Both the position numbers and the translations under genes were made by a program. A stretch of 64,000 nt of DNA from Pseudomonadota bacterium (lineage in GTDB: Bacteria; UBA10199; 2-02-FULL-44-16; DYJF01): NCBI GenBank assembly GCA_043823065.1, contig JBDRBB010000006.1, forward strand, positions 79,094 to 143,093. Reading direction: 5' to 3'. Position 1 is the stretch's first letter, and each line of letters opens with the position of its first letter. This document shows, in pieces, positions 57,532 through 64,000 of this stretch. The notes below the pieces were generated by a model. It did not search any database. It saw only the letters and a program-made list of their open reading frames with translations, and was not told where the DNA came from.

Positions 57532-60500
57532 ATTTTCAGTTAAACAACCTTTGTTCGTAAATTTACTCACCCTAATTGTGATCGTAGCTGGAGTGATGGC
57601 TTTGTTTCGTCTTAATCGTGAAGTATTCCCCAATATTAATCTTGATTTAGTGGTGATTAACACAGCTTATCCAGGAGCAACTCCAAGCGAAATTGAGAAA
57701 AGCATCACCATTCCCATTGAAAAAGAACTGAAAAAAGTTAGTGATTTAAAAGAAATCACCTCTGTTTCTTTAGAAGGATCTTCCGTGATTGTGGTGGAAA
57801 TCGAACCTGACGCGCCTAATAAAAACACCGTGGTAAACGATATCCAGCGCGCTGCAGACCGGGCTGAAGATTTGCCTGCAGATTTAAAAGATCCTCCTTT
57901 GGTGGAAGAAATCCAAACCAGAAACCAGCCAATTGTTACCTTGTCCATGTCTAGCCAAACCCTTCCTGAACAGGAAATGGTTAAATATGCCCAAGCCCTG
58001 GAAACCAAGCTGTTAGACCAACCCATGGTTGCCTCTGTGGAGCGCTATGGCTGGCGAGACAAGGAAATTTGGCTAGAAGTAGATCCGGAAAAAGCTGCAA
58101 AATACTATCTATCGTTGGCGCAAATCATAAATGTTATTAAGGAACGAAATGTTAATGTTTCTGGCGGAAGCATTGTTAGCAATGGCTCAGAACAGTTAGT
58201 GCGCACTTCTGGTGAATTTGATAAATCTGAAGACATAAAAAAAATAGTGCTGCGCGCTAATGAACAAGGTAACTGGGTGCAGGTTTCAGATATCGCAACT
58301 ATCAAAGATACATTTGAGCGAGAAAAACTCATAACCCGCACTAATGGCCAACCTTCTATCAATCTAATTGTAGTGAAAAAAGAACATGGCGATGCTATTC
58401 AAATGGTCAAAGATGTTAAACAGTTGGCCCTAGATTTTTCCGCCAGCATTGCCGGACTGGATATAACTTTGGTAGATGACCTTTCCTTTTATATCAAGCG
58501 CCGCTTAAACGTGCTTATTTCCAACGGCTGGGTTGGTATAATTTTAGTCATCATATCTTTATTCTTTTTCCTTTCCTCCAGAATCGCCTTAGTCACAGCC
58601 GTGGGCATTCCCATAGCTTTCTTAACCACTTTTGTGGCAATGTATATTGGGGGCATGACCATTAATTTAATTACCATGGTTGGGCTAATCATTGTGCTAG
58701 GTATGTTAGTGGATGACGCCATTGTGGTTGCTGAAAACGTTTTTCGTTTATATGAAAGTGGCCTGCCCCCAGCTAAAGCCGCGGTGCAAGGCGCACTTGA
58801 AGTTTGGAAACCTGTTACGACTTCTGTTTTTACCACTATTGCCGCGTTTGCCCCTTTGATGTTTATGAGCGGCATTTTGGGCAAGTTTGTCATGTATGTG
58901 CCAATTGTTGTCATTATTGCTTTACTGGCTTCTTTGTTTGAAGCCTTTGTGATTTTACCTTCTCATTTAGCTGAAATGGAAAGAATCCCAAGTATTCCAT
59001 TTTTTTCCAGATTCAAGAAACGCAGAAATTCAATAGAAGGCCGCATAGATTCCATTGCAGAGTTAAATGGTCGAATTTTAGGTTGGCTGCTAAAACGTCG
59101 CTATAAAGTTGCTGGCATTACCTTGGCCATATTTGGTATTACTCTGCTTCTAACATTAAAAGTGGTACCTTTTATCTTGTTCCCCTCACGAGGCATTGAC
59201 GCTTTCTTCATTAGAGCCAAAGCGCCTTTAGGAACTTCTCTGCAAAAAACTTCCGACCTGGTAAAGGTCTTGGAGGAAAAATTTAAGACAGCAATGCCTG
59301 AGGGTGAAATGAATGATTTTGTAACTTATATTGGTGTGCAGCAGCAAGAACCCAATGACCCTGGAGCCAAACATGGCGACCATTTTGCCCAGATCAGCGT
59401 CTATCTTAAGCCCCATGTAGATCGAAACTATGATGCCGTTGAATTAATTGAGATCTTAAAAGAAAAAAATGTCAGCCAGGTAAATGGGTTTGAGGAAATA
59501 ACCTTTGAAAAAGTTCAACCAGGTCCACCTGTTGGCAAAGCAGTGGAAGTACATGTGCGCGGCGATGATTTTAAGATTCTGGAAAAGTTGGCAGAACAAA
59601 TTAAAGAATATCTAAATACCTTACCAGGAGTTAGTGAAATTAAAGACAGCTATGAACCTGGCAAAGATGAATTGCAAATTATTGTTGATGAACAAGCTAC
59701 CTCCAGAGCTGGATTAACTATTGCTGATGTGGCTCAGGCAGTACGAGCTTCCATAGATGGAGCAATTGCCACCACTATTCGCAAAAGTGATGAGGAAATT
59801 GATGTCAGAATTTTATATCCAGATAAATTACGTTATGAAACCAATGTGTTGGAGAAAATCTTAATTCCCAATCCAAATCTCAGATTAATTCCTTTAACTG
59901 CCATTGCTAAATTCAAGAAAACACCTGGCGTATTGGGAATTCATCACAGGGATCGGTTGCGCAGTATTACAGTTTCAGCTGATGTGGATCAGGAACAAGC
60001 CACCTCTATTTCAGTGATGAAAGCTGTTGAAAAGAAATTTAAGAATATCAGCACCAACCATCCTGGTTATGTCCTGACTTTTGGCGGAGAATGGGAAAAA
60101 ACCATGCAATCGTTGCGTGACTTTGGTTATGCTTTGGTTGTGGCATGCTTGATCATCTTTTTACTCCTAACCTTTGAGTTTCAATCAGTAATTCAGCCAA
60201 TTTTAATTATGTTTGCTATTCCTTACGGATTAGTTGGCGTATCTTGGGCTTTTTTGGCCCATTTTGAGCCGGCCAGTTTTCTGGCTATTTTTGGGGTGGT
60301 GGGTTTATCTGGAGTGGTGGTCAACTCTTCCATTGTTTTGATTGATTTCATTAATAAGCAACGGGCAGAAGGTTTAAATATAGATGAAGCTATTATTAAG
60401 GGCACCCATATCCGGCTAAGACCAATCTTTTTAACCACTGCCACAACTGTACTTGGCGTTTTGCCAGTTGCCTATGGAATAATGGGTTCTGATCCTTTCT

Positions 60501-60670
60501 TAAAACCCATGGCTTTAGCCATTGGCTGGGGCTTGCCAGTAGCTGCTATTGGTACCTTAACTGTAACACCTTGTTTTTACCGAATTGTAGAAGACCTACG
60601 AAAAGCACTTAGCTGTCTTAAATGCTGGAAAAATAACAATAATCACAACGGGTTACAATCCCCCAGTTAG
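57515..60670 (+). CDS. RND-family efflux transporter permease (AcrB/HAE1-like)
   Basis: IFEFSVKQPLFVNLLTLIVIVAGVMALFRL N-terminus, 12-TM architecture with two large periplasmic loops, 1051 aa. No membrane-fusion (adaptor) gene between it and the TolC gene. Confidence 0.85.
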   Translation: MRRIFEFSVKQPLFVNLLTLIVIVAGVMALFRLNREVFPNINLDLVVINTAYPGATPSEIEKSITIPIEKELKKVSDLKEITSVSLEGSSVIVVEIEPDAPNKNTVVNDIQRAADRAEDLPADLKDPPLVEEIQTRNQPIVTLSMSSQTLPEQEMVKYAQALETKLLDQPMVASVERYGWRDKEIWLEVDPEKAAKYYLSLAQIINVIKERNVNVSGGSIVSNGSEQLVRTSGEFDKSEDIKKIVLRANEQGNWVQVSDIATIKDTFEREKLITRTNGQPSINLIVVKKEHGDAIQMVKDVKQLALDFSASIAGLDITLVDDLSFYIKRRLNVLISNGWVGIILVIISLFFFLSSRIALVTAVGIPIAFLTTFVAMYIGGMTINLITMVGLIIVLGMLVDDAIVVAENVFRLYESGLPPAKAAVQGALEVWKPVTTSVFTTIAAFAPLMFMSGILGKFVMYVPIVVIIALLASLFEAFVILPSHLAEMERIPSIPFFSRFKKRRNSIEGRIDSIAELNGRILGWLLKRRYKVAGITLAIFGITLLLTLKVVPFILFPSRGIDAFFIRAKAPLGTSLQKTSDLVKVLEEKFKTAMPEGEMNDFVTYIGVQQQEPNDPGAKHGDHFAQISVYLKPHVDRNYDAVELIEILKEKNVSQVNGFEEITFEKVQPGPPVGKAVEVHVRGDDFKILEKLAEQIKEYLNTLPGVSEIKDSYEPGKDELQIIVDEQATSRAGLTIADVAQAVRASIDGAIATTIRKSDEEIDVRILYPDKLRYETNVLEKILIPNPNLRLIPLTAIAKFKKTPGVLGIHHRDRLRSITVSADVDQEQATSISVMKAVEKKFKNISTNHPGYVLTFGGEWEKTMQSLRDFGYALVVACLIIFLLLTFEFQSVIQPILIMFAIPYGLVGVSWAFLAHFEPASFLAIFGVVGLSGVVVNSSIVLIDFINKQRAEGLNIDEAIIKGTHIRLRPIFLTTATTVLGVLPVAYGIMGSDPFLKPMALAIGWGLPVAAIGTLTVTPCFYRIVEDLRKALSCLKCWKNNNNHNGLQSPS

Positions 60671-60800
60671 AGATTGAACACCCCTATTTTAGTCAGACGG
60701 AGCAAAATTTTAAAAAAAACATTGAATGTTATCAGACAGTTATGTTAAGGGGTTTTGGCCTGAATCTTGCTATTATACGACATGATTAAAGGGGGTAATC

Positions 60801-61412
60801 ATGAAATATTTTGAACAAGTAAAAAGCAAATTTATTGATTTAGATGAGGTAACTGAAAAAGTGCATATAATAGATGATCAAATAGCAGCCAATTTTAAGA
60901 AAAGGTCTAAAATTATCATTTTTAGTTTCACTCTGGTTTTATACTTTTTGTTAGCTCCTCGTCTTTTTGGACAAATTGAACCAAAAGAGATTGAAGATCA
61001 AAGATTTTATAATTATCGAGGGTTAATTATAGAAGTAGCCAAAGAATTTGAAATATCACCTGCTTTGGTAGCAGCTACCATTAAGAGTGAGTCAAATTTC
61101 AGACCTTATGTGGTTTCCTCAGCTGGAGCCAAAGGCTTAATGCAACTCATGCCTTCTACTGCACGTTTGCTTAAGGTAAAAAATATCCAGGATCCTGAAG
61201 ATAATATTCGCGGTGGAACAAAATATCTTAAACAACTTATCCAGGAATTTAACGGTAATGTAAGATTAGCTATTGCTGCTTATAATGCTGGGCCAGGTGC
61301 GGTTAGAAAACACGGGGAAGTACCACCTTATAAAGAAACCCAGCGTTATGTGGTAAAAGTTCTAAAATATACCAAAGAATTTAAAGAACATTTTATCAAT
61401 TCTGAAGCTTAA
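60801..61412 (+). CDS. Lytic transglycosylase (SLT domain) protein
   Basis: AATIKSESNFRPYVVSSAGAKGLMQLMPSTA...AIAAYNAGPGAV (catalytic ES motif). Confidence 0.8.
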   Translation: MKYFEQVKSKFIDLDEVTEKVHIIDDQIAANFKKRSKIIIFSFTLVLYFLLAPRLFGQIEPKEIEDQRFYNYRGLIIEVAKEFEISPALVAATIKSESNFRPYVVSSAGAKGLMQLMPSTARLLKVKNIQDPEDNIRGGTKYLKQLIQEFNGNVRLAIAAYNAGPGAVRKHGEVPPYKETQRYVVKVLKYTKEFKEHFINSEA

Positions 61413-61413
61413 T

Positions 61414-61446
61414 AAAAAAGCCTCTGTCAATGACAGAGGCTTTTTG
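61414..61446. terminator. Bidirectional Rho-independent terminator (AAAAAAGCCTCTGTCAATGACAGAGGCTTTTTG)
   Basis: 9-bp stem, 3-nt loop, A tract upstream and T tract downstream. Convergent genes on both sides. Confidence 0.7.
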
Positions 61447-61462
61447 TATTAAACTTGCTAAG

Positions 61463-61771
61463 TTACCTACGCCACATCATAGAACTAGTCCAAACTATAT
61501 TACGATCATTACCTGTGCAGGCACATTCACCAGTTCCATAATCATAGGTATAGGAATCATAATTTTGACAACTATTACTGCATACTAAATCTCCCCACAC
61601 ACTACCTTCATTTTCAGCATTTCCACCATGCCACCATTCGCTTAACCACGATACTAATGGCTCTAAAACATCTGAGGTGTCTTGGCACTGTAAATATTCA
61701 CCATGATAGATATTTCGGTAACAATCTGAGTTGGTAGTCATAGTGTAAACTGTTTCTCCTGCTGCTTTCAT
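61463..61771 (-). CDS. Cys-rich (7 Cys) 102-aa hypothetical protein
   Basis: DCYRN...CQD...CSNSCQNYD...GECACTG. No signal peptide. Last gene of the minus-strand HipBST-containing unit. Confidence 0.45.
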   Translation of the reverse strand: MKAAGETVYTMTTNSDCYRNIYHGEYLQCQDTSDVLEPLVSWLSEWWHGGNAENEGSVWGDLVCSNSCQNYDSYTYDYGTGECACTGNDRNIVWTSSMMWRR

Positions 61772-61904
61772 ATTATTCTCCTTTAAGATATGGCTTCTAT
61801 TGAGTTATAGAATTATAAACTATACAAAATAGCTGCCTAGTTAGTTAAAAATTTTTATTTAATTGTCGTGAATTCTATTTTTGAATTCTAAATTAGGGGC
61901 GCCA

Positions 61905-62018
61905 TTAGGCGCAAATAAATATGAGGCCTCTAAGGAGGAGGCTAATAAAGATGGGGGTAATGCTTGAGGTACTTACTTTTCCTGCTGCCGAGTGTGTTCC
62001 TGGATCATAGTTCTTCAT
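61905..62018 (-). CDS. Unannotated 37-aa peptide gene (MKNYDPGTHSAAGKVSTSSITPIFISLLLRGLIFICA) with a strong ribosome-binding site
   Basis: AAGGAG 9 nt upstream of the ATG at 62018. TAA at 61905-61907 embedded in a GGCGCC...GGCGC hairpin. Hydrophobic C-terminal half. Confidence 0.5.
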   Translation of the reverse strand: MKNYDPGTHSAAGKVSTSSITPIFISLLLRGLIFICA

Positions 62019-62183
62019 CGTTCTAATTCTCCTTTCTTAAGCAACCTAGCACCATTACTAGGTTTGCCATTGATTAATGTTTTCACCGTTATCAAAAAAA
62101 ACTTAAAAATGTCAAGAAAATCTTTTCAATACCATTTACAATTGGACTGCCTGCAATACCAATGATTTTCATAAAAAAACTCC

Positions 62184-63122
62184 TTATTTATTCTGTTCAA
62201 ACAAAACTTTTTGTCGCTTAGCTAAAACAGACAAATATTTTGTCTTCATTGCTGGGGAAAGATAACTACTTTCTATCAACTTGTTCCACTTAGGAATGAC
62301 CTTTTCAATTTGTTTCATAATTTCAAAGATAATCTCTTCGTTTAATTCAAGTCTTTGCCTAGCATAATATATTAAGAAATCATCTCTGGTTAAGTTAGTT
62401 TTTTTACCATGCAAAGGCAGAGCAAGTTCTTCGCGTGGATTGGCTAAAGCTATTGTTGAATTAACAAAATCATATGCTGGCGCTAGTTTACTAACTTCAT
62501 CAATTGTAATTAAAGAAAAATTTTTCAAATGCATATCTTCATTGCCAATCAGATAATTAAAAATAGTTCTCTTAAATAATTCGGCAAATTCAATCCTTGG
62601 AAATGAACAATATCTTTTAATAAGCTCAGCAACTTTTTCCATAGAACTATTATATTTTGTTTCTCGCAACTCTCCTGCTAGCTGCGCAAAGTCCTCAACC
62701 GCAACTTTTCCCTTTCTACCCTTTCTGTCAAAGCGACGAATAAAATAGGTAAAACTACCATCTTTTGAATAAACAAGCCCATGAACTGGAGTTTCAATAT
62801 CAATCATTTCAGCAAGTGACATGGTCAAAGATTCATTTTCCGGAACCTCTGGAAAATCGCACTGGGGTTTAAGTATATATTGGCCATTTCTATCTACTAT
62901 TTCAAATCTACCTTCTTTGATTTTTAACACAGCACTGAGTTTTGGTTGTAAGCCTTGAATTGACATCTTACCTGCACGCGCCCCAGCTTCTATTCGTTGT
63001 TCCTGAGCAGTTAGCGGAAGCTCTTTCAAATTATCAAGATTACGCGCCAACAAATGTAGTCCTCGCTTGGAATATCTAACATTATTCTCAATTGGCTCCA
63101 TGGTTATTGGGCAGCGTTTCAT
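62184..63122 (-). CDS. HipT-like toxin kinase (HipA C-terminal Ser/Thr kinase domain only)
   Basis: GNEDMHLKNFSLI (HipA catalytic motif), 312 aa. Lacks the HipA N-subdomain, which is encoded by the upstream gene. Confidence 0.75.
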   Translation of the reverse strand: MKRCPITMEPIENNVRYSKRGLHLLARNLDNLKELPLTAQEQRIEAGARAGKMSIQGLQPKLSAVLKIKEGRFEIVDRNGQYILKPQCDFPEVPENESLTMSLAEMIDIETPVHGLVYSKDGSFTYFIRRFDRKGRKGKVAVEDFAQLAGELRETKYNSSMEKVAELIKRYCSFPRIEFAELFKRTIFNYLIGNEDMHLKNFSLITIDEVSKLAPAYDFVNSTIALANPREELALPLHGKKTNLTRDDFLIYYARQRLELNEEIIFEIMKQIEKVIPKWNKLIESSYLSPAMKTKYLSVLAKRQKVLFEQNK

Positions 63123-63427
63123 TCGATCTCCTTAACTGTTACTGCACCAACTAAATCAGCGCCAACTGTTACCATCTGAGTAAAATAATCATACCTATCT
63201 ATTTTGTAATTCTTTAACAAAGCTTCCAGCTCAAAACCCTCTGGCAGCAACCCATCAAAAAAAGGAGGAAATTTATTAAACTCATATACATTTTTATCTT
63301 TGGGCATAGTTAAAGAAATTGGCTCTCCCTGATAGTCTTGGTCATAACTAAAACTAAACGTGGCATCATCTTTTTCCACCAAGATACCAGCTTGTTCCCC
63401 ATTAACAAAAACTAGAGCCTTTTTCAT
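63119..63427 (-). CDS. HipS-like protein (stand-alone HipA N-terminal subdomain)
   Basis: LVFVNGEQAGILVEKDDATFSFSYD...FPPFFDGLLPEG (HipA_N motif), 102 aa. Overlapping stop/start with the kinase gene. Confidence 0.7.
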   Translation of the reverse strand: MKKALVFVNGEQAGILVEKDDATFSFSYDQDYQGEPISLTMPKDKNVYEFNKFPPFFDGLLPEGFELEALLKNYKIDRYDYFTQMVTVGADLVGAVTVKEIE

Positions 63428-63705
63428 TATTCACTCCTTTTTGATTCTTGATTATTAATGAGAGGACTAACCAATTTTATTTCTATGTTTAAAATTTTAA
63501 AAACTTTTTGCAGGGTATTCAAGCGAACAGTTGTTTTACCATTTTCAATATCAAAGATAACGGTCTTACCTACTTCAGCAAGCTTAGCTAGTTCTTTTTG
63601 GGATAAGCCGCTTTTTCGGCGATGATATTTAACTGTCTCAGCTATATTTGTATTCATGTTTATTAATCCATAATTACCGCTATAACGGTAAAATTTAGCA
63701 TTCAA
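63427..63705 (-). CDS. HipB-like XRE-family HTH transcriptional regulator
   Basis: GLSQKELAKLAEVGKTVIFDIENGK HTH. The probable true start is the internal MNTNIAETVKY at 63657. Confidence 0.7.
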   Translation of the reverse strand: MNAKFYRYSGNYGLINMNTNIAETVKYHRRKSGLSQKELAKLAEVGKTVIFDIENGKTTVRLNTLQKVFKILNIEIKLVSPLINNQESKRSE

Positions 63706-63899
63706 TTATTATTTTAAGCTATTTTTAGCGAATATACAATCTTTTTTACTGCTATAACAGTATTTTATGCTTAAAATTATTTATTTATCATTAATTTTCG
63801 ATAAAAAACTACATTTTTACCGCTATAGCAGTATTTTTTATAAACATATCATGATAGAATTATTAGCAACCTTTGCCAAAAATTGCCGATAATCTAAAT

Positions 63900-64000
63900 A
63901 TGGGAGACGGACAAGTTACCAGATTTGCCTTAATTATTAATGGCGACACTGAAGATAGGCATAGAGAAAATGTTGATCTAGCTATTAATGTCTTAAATTC
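63900..64000 (+). CDS. 5' end of an ORF (MGDGQVTRFALIINGDTEDRHRENVDLAINVLN...), possibly a clan-CD (caspase-fold) peptidase-like N-terminus
   Basis: Open to the window end. Weak resemblance to the legumain/clostripain N-terminal pattern. Weak ribosome-binding site. Confidence 0.2.
   Translation, partial: MGDGQVTRFALIINGDTEDRHRENVDLAINVLN

Overview
Chromosomal segment from a low-GC diderm (Gram-negative type) bacterium. Housekeeping blocks alternate with accessory or mobile DNA. The outer-membrane gene set (Mla, TolC/RND), MYXO-CTERM-like tails and thrombospondin type-3 repeat proteins suggest a Bdellovibrionota- or Myxococcota-like lineage, but that placement is only an inference.

Housekeeping blocks (all called from recognisable motifs in the ORF translations):
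- glyA (partial), rpiB, acyl carrier protein, and a split B12-dependent methionine synthase (an 843-aa MetH core plus a separate activation-domain gene).
- nadD and nadK (divergent), rmuC.
- A three-gene succinate dehydrogenase/fumarate reductase set (sdhC, sdhA, sdhB) followed by a stomatin/SPFH-family gene.
- tRNA-Val(TAC) and tRNA-Asp(GTC).
- purH, mlaDEF-like genes, alr, coaD, a GatZ/KbaZ-like aldolase, a TolC-like outer-membrane gene followed directly by an RND pump (no adaptor gene between them), and a lytic transglycosylase.

Accessory content:
- Small-repeat family. An intergenic inverted-repeat family (GTCATTGCGAGG...CCTCGCAATGAC, with a GTCATTCCCGCGAAAGCGGGAATC variant) is scattered through the window and produces spurious ORF extensions.
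- tRNA-adjacent island. A roughly 10-kb island lies beside the two tRNA genes. Within it, a segment bracketed by 50-bp direct repeats carries a B12-binding radical SAM gene, IS481/IS3 transposase fragments, a retropepsin-like protease with an 82-aa partner, an insertion sequence (Y1-transposase with a DnaA-C-like HTH and 23-bp terminal inverted repeats, plus solo and partial copies elsewhere) and a DUF4143 AAA ATPase. An AT-rich polytopic membrane protein and a prepilin-like protein lie just beyond the downstream repeat copy.
- HipBST toxin-antitoxin. A tripartite HipB/HipS/HipT-like module is followed by an unannotated 37-aa peptide gene and a Cys-rich 102-aa protein.
- A HEPN/MNT toxin-antitoxin pair and a second DUF4143 ATPase, both flanked by direct repeats.

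Most unusual region (19.3-31.6 kb). Four mosaic, very acidic low-complexity paralogs (998, 500, 575 and 385 aa) share shuffled modules. Three of them form an operon that faces, across a 740-bp structured non-coding region, a divergently transcribed ParA/MinD-family ATPase gene with a translationally coupled 224-aa partner. I propose this as a candidate ParA-driven positioning or scaffold system, which is a hypothesis only. The 998-aa paralog is separated from the operon by the DUF4143 and HEPN/MNT insertion block.

Other notable items are two secreted thrombospondin type-3 repeat proteins with Cys-containing, MYXO-CTERM-like C-terminal tails, and a divergent pair of giant envelope proteins (a 1095-aa secreted protein and a 1246-aa putative lipoprotein with an abutting Gly-rich protein). 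No rRNA genes or CRISPR arrays were found.
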